Shown: positions 51,940 to 63,896, numbered from the whole stretch's first letter. The stretch is DNA of 63,896 bases, filler included, from Octopus bimaculoides (GCF_001194135.2; 9 parts of 9 records of this genome joined end to end with filler, not necessarily neighbours in it); one strand, 5' to 3'. Numbers and translations: made by a program. Notes: a model not told the origin generated them from the letters alone.

Positions 51940-52260
51940 TTCATCATCATCATCATCGTTGTTTAACGTCCGCTTTCCATGCTAGCATGGGTTGGACGAT
52001 TTGACTGAGGACTGGTGAACCAGATGGCTACACCAGGCTCCAATCTGATTTGGCAGAGTTTCTACAGCTGGATGCCCTTCCTAATGCCAACCACTCCGAG
52101 AGTGTAGTGGGTGCTTTTACATGCCACCAGCACGAAGGCCAGTCAGGCGGTACTGGCAACAGCCACACTCAAAATTGTGTATTTTACGTGCCACCTGCAT
52201 GGGAGCCAGTTCGGCAGCACTGGCAACAATCTCGCTCAATTGTGATCAACTTTCTTGAGA
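51940..52260 (-). mobile_element. (ATG)n-tailed retroposon 3' portion
   Basis: catcatcgttgtttaacgtccgctttccatgctagcatggg; same family as 42284-42456 and 44978-45230. Confidence 0.8.
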
Positions 52261-52612
52261 CTTCTTTTCCATGAATTTTGTCTCCAAAACTCCTTGAGTT
52301 CACATATTTGTATCCTCGAGTAACTTTTACTTATTTATTCATTCATTTAAAACAATGTAGTCATAACACCACATTTATTACTGAAACAATGAAATAAGGA
52401 TACTAAACTTTAAAATGCATACCTACTGACTTATCCATCTGTCTATCTGTTTGTCTTTACACTGGAAGTGAGAATGAGTGTGTGCATGTATGTGCACATC
52501 ATATGTGTCTGTCAATGTTTAGTCATTGTGGATTATTTAAGAGCAAATGAGAAAATGAAAGACCTGAAAAAAGAAAATGTAAAGTAAAACAATTAGAAAA
52601 AAACACACTTAC

Positions 52613-54592
52613 TTTGTTTCCTATCCTTTAAAGCACTAAATTCACTTGAGCTTTCAAAAGGAGCATATCTATCATAAGTTCCAACAAAAAGATTTGGGTT
52701 TGATAACTGTCTATGGTTAGCATCTGTTAAATGTTGGTTTCTATGATCATAATGTTGGTTAATGTGACTGCCAGTCTTGGAATTGCTATTAGTCATTCCA
52801 AGGTGAAAAGTAGCTGTCCTATCACCAGTTGCTTGTTGAACAGATGTACTATCCTCCTTTTGCAGTGACGGCCTGGTATGTTGCCGAATAGAAGGCCTTT
52901 TAAAATTTGATTGATGCCCTTTACGTTTTTGAGTAATACTGTGGGAATTATCTGTATTTTGATTGGTTGTTTTTCTCCTTCTACCATGATGGTGATTGGT
53001 AATATTATCTCTTGTTGAGTAAATTAGATGGCTGTTTGTTTGTTGCTGTGTATTATTTCGGTGGTGATGAAGGTTCTGCTGTTCATTATGTTGAAACCTA
53101 CTGTTATGCCCACTATTTCTGCTGTTATGGTCATGAGTTTCATTGTGAATGTGTTGTATTTCTTCTTTGTTACTAACATCAGGTTGAAACATTTTGAACT
53201 TTATATCAACTGTTGGGACAGTCACTAGTCTTTCCTTTGCAGCAGTTTCCTTGCTTCTATCCCTGTTTCTAAATTTGTTTTTTATATGCCTAGAATTTGG
53301 ATACTTGCCTTGGGAGGTTATGACTTGCTGAGTTGGTGGAAAAATATTAAGTTTTTTTGTTACTTTGAGTTGCTGTCGTTTGGACAAGCTTTCAGTACGT
53401 CCATTTCGTTCATAGCTTGGTGTATTAGTCTGTGCTTCTTTCCTGACAAATTGGTGATCTGGCAATGGAGATTTTTTTGATGAATGACTCTTTTCTCTCC
53501 CTTCTGGAGCTCTTCTATTTTCCTTTTCCCCATGTCTGTATGGTTTCAAATTCTTGTCTGGCTGGGAAGTACTCACTGGTCTGTTTCCAGTAACTTCAAT
53601 TGGTGAGATTTCTTGTTCTCCTTCCATTGTTGAATGATTAACTTCTTTATTCGGAGCTGGAAGACCATCTTCTCCGGCATGTATGAAATGTCCATAGAAA
53701 TTATCTGGTTGGTTACCTATGTGTTTTTCAATTTCAGATGGATACTGACCATTTGGAGTTTCCTGTATAGAACCTTCACCATCTTTTGTGTTATAGTGCT
53801 GACGGTTTTCATAGTAATAATCTTGTCCATATGGCAAATAACCTTCTCCAGGTGGAACCTGGTGGTGAGAACCATGATAACCATTCTCAGTGTCATAAGC
53901 TGGCAGCTGAGAATGAGGGTAACGTAAATCTGGAAGATGATAACGTTCTTCCTGTTCCACCATAGCTGCACCATTATGATTCATTTCATAGTAGCTATCT
54001 TGGTTTAACCTACTTGGAGGTCCAGGAACGTATTGTATATCTCCATTGTGATTAGGAATAACTTTATCTCTTTCTGTACGATCAAAGTGACCAAAATGTG
54101 TTTGAAGATCAGAGTCTGGATGCTTTGGCACACGTTGTCCATTGAGAAAATAGTCACCATAATGTATTTGACCAGATGGGTCTCGATTCAGAACAGGATA
54201 ATACTGATTTTGTCCAAAATTAGTGTTTTGTTGGTTTTCAACTCCCAAATATTCTCTGTCTGTTTCATAACCATAATGTGGAAGTTCGTATTGACTTTTA
54301 TCTGATTTCTGCAAACCAGTTTGTGCTGCATTCTGTTGCTTATATTCACTCAAAAATTGGGGTTCTTTTTCAATTGTATAGTATCTACGAGAGTTGGGAT
54401 GGGAACCATCAGGCTCAACTGTTTCATCAATGTAGCGACTATCAACTTTTTCATTTTTACGATAGTCAACATGACCTGGATACCAGACAACTCCTTCAGG
54501 ACTTAACCATGACTGCCAGTATGCATCAGAACTTCGTACTTTATCATACTGTTTGCCTTCAGTTGGTGTTCTTTCAATTTCACATGATGCAT
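52613..54592 (-). CDS. Large internal coding exon (1980 nt, phase 1 to phase 1) of an unrecognised, probably secreted low-complexity protein
   Basis: Stop-free 697-codon frame in AT-rich DNA. Acceptor ttttatcctttttctttctcaAG before 54592 and donor CAAA|GTAAGT after 52613 trim it to exactly 660 codons. Y/H/Q/N/G-rich, only one Cys seen, no transposon motifs. Confidence 0.8.
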
Positions 54593-55162
54593 CTTGAGAA
54601 AGAAAAAGGATAAAATTAAAGCATGTCTGATGTATGAGTATTGTTATTTTCATATAATTTTCATATCTCCAATCTGAGTCATTCATTTATTCAGATTGAA
54701 AATGAAACAGTAATATATCACTATTAAACAATCAAACTCATCCATTTTTCTAAAAATGGGTCACACAATGATAACACTAACAAAGACAACAACATCAATA
54801 TTGCCAACAATAAGAGAATATAGTAGCCTAACAACATGAGTGAACAAAAATGAGAACTTATCTGCATTATCCTCTTTATGCTATAGTGAGTCTTAAGGCT
54901 ATTGTAAAGTGTGGCACCAATTTTTCCGTTATGGACACTCAAATGAATTCTAAGAATTTAAAAAGTACACTTTCTTCTTAGCCTAAGGACAGCTTCTTGG
55001 CATTTTAGCTAAGATCAAAGTAGTTAAGAATTTTAAAAACTATCATCATGATACATAAATACATACATCAGTCTCTTTTGCTGAACCTCTAAGTTATGGG
55101 GGTCATAAACTCACCAACATTGACTGTCAAGTGATGGTTGGGTGACACAGACACACAAATAC

Positions 55163-55195
<33 letters not shown>

Positions 55196-56859
55196 NNNNN
55201 NNNNNNNNNNNNNNNNNNNNNNNNNNNNNNNNNNNNNNNTTAATTAATTAANNNNNNNNNNNNNNNNNNNNNNNNNNNNNNNNNNNNNNNNNNNNCTATA
55301 TATGTATGTATACAAATTTAAATATTGAGGATGGGATATTTCCATTATAAGGAAAGAAGGCAAAAGAAGTGAATATGATTGGTTCAGAAACATGAAACAC
55401 TTGAATGGAAATGCATGGAGAGGTGGTGGTGGTGGTGGTTGTGGCAATGTTGGAGATGATGTAAAGAAAGAAAGAGAGAATGTAGAATTGGATGGGAGGT
55501 GGGGAGAGGGTAACAGTCTGTGGTAATCTGAGATAGGTGTGTCGATGTAATCTGGCCAACATATACTACAACACAGCAACATATACACACACNNNNNNNN
55601 NNNNNNNNNNNNNNNNNNNNNNNNNNNNNNNNNNNNNNNNNNNNNNNNNNNNNNNNNNNNNNNNNNNNNNNNNNNNNNNNNNNNNNNNNNNNNNNNNNNN
55701 NNNNNNNNNNNNNNNNNNNNNNNNNNNNNNNNNNNNNNNNNNNNNNNNNNNNNNNNNNNNNNNNNNNNNNNNNNNNNNNNNNNNNNNNNNNNNNNNNNNN
55801 NNNNNNNNNNNNNNNNNNNNNNNNNNNNNNNNNNNNNNNNNNNNNNNNNNNNNNNNNNNNNNNNNNNNNNNNNNNNNNNNNNNNNNNNNNNNNNNNNNNN
55901 NNNNNNNNNNNNNNNNNNNNNNNNNNNNNNNNNNNNNNNNNNNNNNNNNNNNNNNNNNNNNNNNNNNNNNNNNNNNNNNNNNNNNNNNNNNNNNNNNNNN
56001 NNNNNNNNNNNNNNNNNNNNNNNNNNNNNNNNNNNNNNNNNNNNNNNNNNNNNNNNNNNNNNNNNNNNNNNNNNNNNNNNNNNNNNNNNNNNNNNNNNNN
56101 NNNNNNNNNNNNNNNNNNNNNNNNNNNNNNNNNNNNNNNNNNNNNNNNNNNNNNNNNNNNNNNNNNNNNNNNNNNNNNNNNNNNNNNNNNNNNNNNNNNN
56201 NNNNNNNNNNNNNNNNNNNNNNNNNNNNNNNNNNNNNNNNNNNNNNNNNNNNNNNNNNNNNNNNNNNNNNNNNNNNNNNNNNNNNNNNNNNNNNNNNNNN
56301 NNNNNNNNNNNNNNNNNNNNNNNNNNNNNNNNNNNNNNNNNNNNNNNNNNNNNNNNNNNNNNNNNNNNNNNNNNNNNNNNNNNNNNNNNNNNNNNNNNGC
56401 ATTTTAATTATCGACCCTTGCATAATAAAAATCAAAATTAATCTCAGCATGATTTGAACTCAGCAGACAAAGAGTCAGTATAAATACCACAAGGTATTAA
56501 GTCCAATGTTCTAACGACTCTATTAATTGATCTTTTTCTTCTTTCAATCAATGAAATTTTTTTAACTGATTTTTAAAAATTTTAATATTAATCTTTGAAT
56601 ATAAATGGAATTGTTCTGGTGATTTCATTTCTATTTTATATCTTGAAGCAAACAAGAAGAAATGTTTAAATATTAAACAATTTGGTGACAACATATATTT
56701 TCTCTCTCAGCACATCTTTATCCTACATCAACATTTTAACGTGCAATGCATTAAATATGTTTTCTCACCATCTTCGATATTATTTATCAGATGGATGGCT
56801 TTTGAGAATTATTTGGTAAATTTAGAAATATTCTTGGAGATTTCTGTGGAGTTCAAATT

Positions 56860-56965
56860 TTGCCGACGTCAACCTTCATCATTTCAGGGTCAATAAAATA
56901 AGTACCTTTTGAGTTCTGGGGTCGATGTAATCAACTTACCTGCTTCCCCAAACTTGTTGGCCTTG
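56860..56965 (+). mobile_element. SINE fragment of the 15 kb family
   Basis: gagttcaaattttgccgacgtcaacc..ggggtcgatgtaatc. Confidence 0.65.
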
Positions 56966-57272
56966 TGCTAATATTTCCTAATCCACCTCATTAAACCCCC
57001 AATACTTCATAATAAACTACACCAAGTTATATCTCCTCACCTAACACAAAACAAAACACACTTCCCCTGCCAAACCCCTTTCTCATACTAACACATCTTT
57101 CTCATTGCTACCCAAACATTGTCCCTTATATTAAAGATAATTTAGATGAACCTACCTTTCGTTAATTAAGCTNNNNNNNNNNNNNNNNNNNNNNNNNNNN
57201 NNNNNNNNNNNNNNNNTTAATTAATTAANNNNNNNNNNNNNNNNNNNNNNNNNNNNNNNNNNNNNNNNNNNN

Positions 57273-57308
<36 letters not shown>

Positions 57309-57400
57309 ACTACATGAATAATATTTTTATAAACAAAACCGAAAGGCTTTGCGAGTTACGAAGAGAAAGCCACTATACATATATATGTGTGTGTTTGTGC

Positions 57401-57431
<31 letters not shown>

Positions 57432-57917
57432 TGTGTGTGTGTGTGTAGACATTTGGTATACTTTTCTTTTGCATCTTAGGGGTGGTGCCGGGAAGTCTTA
57501 ATAACAAAAGAAATTGCTTCTTATATCGAAATACATGTACTCTATATAAATAGTTCTCTTAGTCTCTCATTCCTGACTGAATATAAGCGTACATACACAC
57601 AGACACACACATTTATTGAATTATACATACATACATACATACATATATATATATATACACATACAAATGTATATATACATAATATATCTATATAATAAAA
57701 GGAGAATAAAGAATTTAAACTGAAATATGTTAATTTATTAACATGATATTATATTAACACAATACTTATAATCCCTACAATTGTTTCGATTCAGACTCAA
57801 AACCAATAACAAGTTTATGAAAATTCACTTTCTGGAAACATGTTGAGTACAAATCTCATCAAGGTAAATCAGGACAAAAATTACATGTTCGAAGTTTCAG
57901 ATCCTTAAACAGACTGA

Positions 57918-57984
<67 letters not shown>

Positions 57985-58115
57985 CACACAATTATACGAC
58001 TACCAATACGACGAATACAATGACGATGCGATGTTGATTGATGATGATGATGATGATTTGGACATTATTTTGAGTTCGGTTGGGGAAGACCCACTCAATT
58101 CGTATAAGTACTTAC

Positions 58116-58191
58116 TGAATAAAGTCTGGATGAGAATTGATGGAATACAAGGGAAAATCGAACTACTTGCTGGAATCGCACGCATAACTTT
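58116..58191 (-). CDS. Candidate first coding exon (ATG at 58185) encoding signal-peptide-like MRAIPASSSIFPCIPSILIQTLF
   Basis: Acceptor acttctcacAG and donor TTCA|GTAAGT. Ends in phase 1; splicing to 54592 gives ...IQTLFNASC-EIER, a hydrophobic core plus an A-x-C cleavage-like site. Separated from the large exon by gaps and two linkers. Confidence 0.5.
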
Positions 58192-59399
58192 CTGTGAGAA
58201 GTCTGAATTATCCTTAGGTATCCAGACTTCATGCAACACTCTCTTCTTCATCATAATTTCGTACTCTTTCTCCTCCTCTTCTCCTTCCTTCCTCCCACAC
58301 TTTCTCTTTTTTCTTCTTTTCATCCTCACTTTCCTCTCCTTAATCTTTCTTCCCTTGCGTTAATAATAATAGTTTCTCTAAGAGCCACCGAACAATTTTC
58401 AAAAAAGAAAAGGAGTAACCTGCTCAAAATATAGTGCATAAAGTGTCATGATATTAACAATACTATCTTTCACAATAATTATTGCGACATAATCATCCGG
58501 CTTATTGAAAAATACATGCCGAATGTACAATGTGTAATTCAGAAATAATGAGTTCAAGTCCAGTCCAATTTAGACTTGCATTATTTTATTTTGTCTGCAC
58601 ACCGTAATTCTATACACATGCTGGTTCTGATAGCCCTGTTATTTACTTAGCAGGTCTAAACGAAGGCCTTATAATTATGGTCATTTAGAGTCCAGTATAA
58701 TAGTATTGCAGAGAAATCATATATTCCGAAAGTAACTTTACACAGTAAACACTAACAATTTTATTTGAAACAAACGATTATTGTAATTCACCCTTTTGCT
58801 GACCAGCATTGACCCAAGGGAACTCAAGGAGACTAACGCTGTGTTTCAAGACTTTCAGAAATGGTCATTTAAGAACATTTATATATATATATATATNNNN
58901 NNNNNNNNNNNNNNNNNNNNNNNNNNNNNNNNNNNNNNNNNNNNNNNNNNNNNNNNNNNNNNNNNNNNNNNNNNNNNNNNNNNNNNNNNNNNNNNNNNNN
59001 NNNNNNNNNNNNNNNNNNNNNNNNNNNNNNNNNNNNNNNNNNNNNNNNNNNNNNNNNNNNNNNNNNNNNNNNNNNNNNNNNNNNNNNNNNNNNNNNNNNN
59101 NNNNNNNNNNNNNNNNNNNNNNNNNNNNNNNNNNNNNNNNNNNNNNNNNNNNNNNNNNNNNNNNNNATATTATATATATATACCGTATTCAATGGTATAG
59201 AAGACACTTTTTTCCCCAGAAAATAAGTGTGAAACAAAAGAAAAAAAAAGAAATCACCTCGGTCCCCGTACGGTCAAGTGCGTCTCCGATAAGCTTTAAT
59301 CTCCTAAAATCTTTTGTGAGCCTAATATGTGTCAAATAAGGGATATATCCATATATATTATCGTTTATGTTCTGCTTGCTTACCACAACCGATTGAGAT

Positions 59400-59690
59400 T
59401 CGGTGTTGCTGTGTTTACCTCCCCGTAACGTAGCCATTCGTCAAGGAGAAAGCGATAAGGTAAATATTAGGCTTAGAAAAACGTACTTGGATCGATTTAG
59501 CCGACTAAACCATTCGACGGCGGTGCCCCAGCATGACTGCAGAAGAGTTTACTTCGAACGAATCGTTCCTAGTACCTTTTATATCTCTTTATAACCTGCC
59601 AATTACTTTATCGGTATATTTTGTCGAGCCGTCAAGTTATGGAGACGTAAACAATCTCAGTCGGTAGCGGACAACAAATACAGGCACAAT
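59400..59690. mobile_element. Two SINE 3' halves in inverted orientation (+ 59400-59540, - 59560-59690)
   Basis: gtttacctccccgtaac..ccagcatgactgcag versus aagttatggagacgtaaac; both diverged. Confidence 0.55.
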
Positions 59691-59724
59691 AACATGAACA
59701 CACACATACACCCCCACACACACA

Positions 59725-59784
<60 letters not shown>

Positions 59785-59832
59785 CGTCTGTCTGTCTGTG
59801 TATCTATCTCTCTCCCTCTCTCTCTCTCTCTC

Positions 59833-59899
<67 letters not shown>

Positions 59900-60490
59900 T
59901 AATATTATCTCAGTTATTAAAACTTTCGATAATTTGAATACGTTAATGGTTACCAGGGGTAGCAATGTATCACGTTATATATTATATATATATATGTGTA
60001 TATGTGTGTGTGTGTATATATATATCATATAGAGATAGATATTATTATATATATACATTCATACATATATATACATCCACACTCACGCATATAAGCGTGT
60101 GCAAGGATGTGTATGTGTCCATGTGTAATATATGTACTTCAATGATTGTGTACTGTGAGTGTGTGTGTGCATGTATGTGTGTGTGTCTGTGTGTGTCTGC
60201 CTGTATATTATATTTTAATCGAAATTGAAACTTTATAAGTGCAACTCTGAGTTTCAAATTCCTTCACGTGTCACAATGAATTAACTTTCATCGTCTAACG
60301 AGGAGTATATATTATGTTCGTACACATTTATATAGTTAGACATACACACACGTATGTAGTGCATACACCCATACCTACCTACATACATACGTACACATTC
60401 ATACAAGTACACACATGCATACACACGTATTTAAATAAATAATTAAATAAATAAACAAAAGTGATTCACGCACGCAAACAGGAACACACG

Positions 60491-60528
<38 letters not shown>

Positions 60529-61018
60529 CACACACGTACACCTACATATTCGGGAATACACCTAGTTTTAATTATCGAGATACACTTAATTCAAATAACT
60601 TCAATGCATGTAAAATGTGAACATAGTAATTTTCACATAGCAAGAGCCGAAAAATGCCGCTGGGCATTTTGTTCGACACGCTGAGCAGTTCTTCATCTCG
60701 TCTGATATGATGAGGATTTCTTTTGATAAGAAACAGTGCTCTGTTCCAAAGGTTCCACAAATCCTTTCTGGAGTAAGGACCACGTACGGAAATAGCTTGG
60801 AATGCAAAAGTCTGAAGCTATGTAATCTCTTGCTAAAAAAATAAGAACCTTGGAGATCAATATGGAGGTGTGGGTTGATATTTTTAATAAAACACCTTGA
60901 CAATCTGCTTTTCAGGATATCTTAGATGAAAGTACATCACTGAATGAAACTCGAAAGAGGGCAGCAAAAAAATTATTATATCGCACGTTCGGACGACATG
61001 CCTTCGCCAATAACGTAC

Positions 61019-61135
61019 CTCTACTCAACTACCGAACTCTCACTTCCGACGACTCAACAGAACTCGACGTCTAGTCTACCAGTTCGATCTATGCGACGCT
61101 TCTACGACTAGCTGCTATCACGTCCACTATTTATA
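61019..61135 (-). promoter_or_regulatory. Candidate TATA box (TATAAATAG, 61135-61127) followed by a short non-coding first exon ending at donor GAG|GTACGT (GT at 61018)
   Basis: CpG-rich non-repetitive patch at about 60980-61210. No ATG in the putative exon, and an in-frame TGA lies upstream of the 58185 ATG when the two are spliced. Confidence 0.35.
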
Positions 61136-61365
61136 CGTTTCGGACTAGCCTACTTATCGTCTGGGAGCGTCCACACAACAGAGACACTGGCCCAAAGTGA
61201 CGCACAGGGTGACAGAAACCAGAAACCAGAACGATGTAGCTCAGGAGCAAACTTCTTACCACATACCCACGCTTGCAAAATAACATTAACTAATTATAAT
61301 TAACTAATTATCATTATAAAATAATTTAAAGAATTATGACATTATTTTAATCGCACTAGACAACG

Positions 61366-61407
<42 letters not shown>

Positions 61408-61974
61408 NNNNNNNNNNNNNNNNNNNNNNNNNNNNNNNNNNNNNNNNNNNNNNNNNNNNNNNNNNNNNNNNNNNNNNNNNNNNNNNNNNNNNNNNNNNNN
61501 NNNNNNNNNNNNNNNNNNNNNNNNNNNNNNNNNNNNNNNNNNNNNNNNNNNNNNNNNNNNNNNNNNNNNNNNNNNNNNNNNNNNNNNNNNNNNNNNNNNN
61601 NNNNNNNNNNNNNNNNNNNNNNNNNNNNNNNNNNNNNNNNNNNNNNNNNNNNNNNNNNNNNNNNNNNNNNNNNNNNNNNNNNNNNNNNNNNNNNNNNNNN
61701 NNNNNNNNNNNNNNNNNNNNNNNNNNNNNNNNNNNNNNNNNNNNNNNNNNNNNNNNNNNNNNNNNNNNNNNNNNNNNNNNNNNNNNNNNNNNNNNNNNNN
61801 NNNNNNNNNNNNNNNNNNNNNNNNNNNNNNNNNNNNNNNNNNNNNNNNNNNNNNNNNNNNNNNNNNNNNNNNNNNNNNNNNNNNNNNNNNNNNNNNNNNN
61901 NNNNNNNNNNNNNNNNNNNNNNNNNNNNNNNNNNNNNNNNNNNNNNNNNNNNNNNNNNNNNNNNNNNNNATATA

Positions 61975-62006
<32 letters not shown>

Positions 62007-62022
62007 GAGAGAGAGAGACATG

Positions 62023-62060
<38 letters not shown>

Positions 62061-62303
62061 CACGTATATATATGTATATACATATGTAAATATACACATA
62101 TTTATATACATATATACGCTTATACACATAGATATGTGGCTCAACATAGGAAACAAATTAGCTTTTAGCCCAGTCGATTGAAGTTACATGTATTTAGTAA
62201 TAAAGTGACTCGGCACCATATGGCATGAAGTTTCGTGGCAGACGTCTCCTATGCGTCGAAACTTCATGTGGACTTGAGTCACACTGTTACAAAATATGTT
62301 ACA

Positions 62304-62344
<41 letters not shown>

Positions 62345-63178
62345 CATATATGCACGTAACATATATATATATGAGTGTGTATGTGTGTGTTTGCGTGTGA
62401 GTGTGTGTGTGTGTGTCCAAGTGGGTATCGCTTGAATATAAACACCGCAGTATATTTGAGACAGCTTGGTATATGAGAAGAGGTTATCCTCGATTCTGAA
62501 TCGTAACCATAGAATATATAAGATGTATATATAAACATATATATAAGTGTGTGTGTCTGTGTGTCTGTGTGTGTGTGTATGTTTGTGTGTATGTTTATAT
62601 ATATACACACACGCACATACATATATATATTATATGTATATAAATGGATATATAGATATATGTGTATAAATATATATACACATAGATATATGTTTCTCTG
62701 TCTCTGTCTTTCTTTCTCTTTTTATATATATATATATATATATATATNNNNNNNNNNNNNNNNNNNNNNNNNNNNNNNNNNNNNNNNNNNNTTAATTAAT
62801 TAANNNNNNNNNNNNNNNNNNNNNNNNNNNNNNNNNNNNNNNNNNNNATTTGAAGGGATACACTGAATGTAATTTGTAGAACTCTACACATGCTCCCCAA
62901 TCTACAGTTACCAGCTGGTAACCAAGTATCCTTGAGTTGTTCGTATTTTGATGGTTTCACCGAAAGGTTGGTTATTTTGCTTTGCTTGCTGTGGATATTG
63001 TTGTAAATTGTGTTTCGCTTGTTCCCGTTAGGGTGACTTTGTTATTATATTATTTGTACTGTGAACTGTGATCCCCCCCCCCTTCGGGGGAAGGAATTTT
63101 GTGCTTAAGTGAACTGTGTTAACAAACTATTATCTCTCCGTTAGACGGAATTGTGTTGTGTTTAAAAAAAAAAAGGAA

Positions 63179-63896
63179 ATGGCTTCTATGGAGGTCCAAA
63201 ATAATATGAATTTTGCAGCGGCCGTCGGCGGTCGTGAAATAATTCAATTTAAAATTGAAGAAATACAGACTTTTTACGGGATGATAACAGAAAAAGATGG
63301 TGAAGCTAAGATCACCTCCAAGCGAACTACAAGATAAAATAAAAGAACGAACAATTATCTACAAAACCTACAATTTAGAGACAAAGAAATTTGAACACTT
63401 GGAGGAGGGGACAATTAAAAAATGTCTTGGTTCAACAATGAACGAAATTAAATATTTAACAAGGGGAAGGAAATTCGCAACTGTGGAAGCAAGGTTCGAG
63501 TCGTCAGAACGTGCAAGAGAATATTCGACTCGAACTTTGCAAAGTGGAAACATACTGCTGCTACCGTTATACCTGGGACAGAGAACATCCAGGATTAAAA
63601 TTAAAAACATCCCCCCCTGAAGCAGAGGTAGGGTGGATTTTGGCCACCCTCCTCTGCAAGAGAGAGGAAAAAATCAAAATAATCGAAATAATACGAGATG
63701 GTCCATAAAATTGGCGAAGTCAGACCCTAGAGATTCTGGCCCAAGCCACAAGCATCGACCTTGAGGATTTACTGGAAACTATTGTAATGGATGACATGAA
63801 CATCTCTATTCACGTCGAAGGGAGAAAACCACGGTGCTACAAGTGTGGCAAGAAGGGCCACATAAAAGAGAAGTGCCCCGAAAACAACAAATCAGA
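63179..63896 (+). pseudogene. Tx1/L1-type ORF1 with an intact CCHC zinc knuckle; two frameshifts, one in-frame stop, runs off the window
   Basis: ATG at 63179, RIKIKNIPP|EAEVGWILATLL, TAA at 63706-63708, then IHVEGRKPRCYKCGKKGHIKEKC. Confidence 0.8.

Noticed and set aside
52613-54592. Identity with reflectin, suckerin or histidine-rich beak proteins
   Set aside because: No reflectin Met-rich repeats, no GGY/Ala-rich suckerin modules and no GHGxY-type tandem repeats visible.
459-62110. Dozens of long ORFs spanning N-runs or made of YI, HT, CV, poly-L, poly-N and similar repeats
   Set aside because: Artefacts of gaps and microsatellites, which lack stop codons in some frames.
18874-62803. Recurrent palindrome-like TTAATTAATTAA as a regulatory or recombination site
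   Set aside because: Always centred in ~100-bp N gaps and encodes stops in six frames; an assembly spacer.
1-63896. CRISPR arrays, rRNA genes, operons or other prokaryotic systems
   Set aside because: No repeat-spacer arrays or rRNA-like sequence seen; organisation is intron-rich eukaryotic.

Overview
Eukaryotic, AT-rich, gap-ridden genomic scaffold, very dense in microsatellites. The SINE families and repeat landscape point to an octopus (coleoid cephalopod) draft assembly; this is an inference from recalled repeat consensus sequences. Most ORFs in the supplied track are artefacts of microsatellites or N-runs. The one credible host gene is on the minus strand. It has a 1980-nt phase-1/phase-1 exon (54592-52613) with canonical splice sites, a frame-compatible Cys-rich exon (49331-49163), a candidate signal-peptide exon (58191-58116) and a candidate TATA/CpG-rich start near 61.1 kb. 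Together these predict an unrecognised secreted, mostly disordered protein of about 740-750 aa with acidic Tyr-rich and basic His-rich halves. The rest is decayed mobile DNA: tRNA-derived SINEs, RTE/RTEX, Tx1/L1, R4-like and HERO-like non-LTR fragments, Penelope-like fragments, two Tc1/mariner remnants and MITE-like elements. Minimal hammerhead-ribozyme motifs recur, several in inverted pairs, and one follows a tRNA-like Pol III head. A CpG-depleted block (about 39.9-57.2 kb) is bounded by artificial TTAATTAATTAA scaffold linkers, so long-range joins, including parts of the gene model, need checking. All alignments and counts were done by eye.
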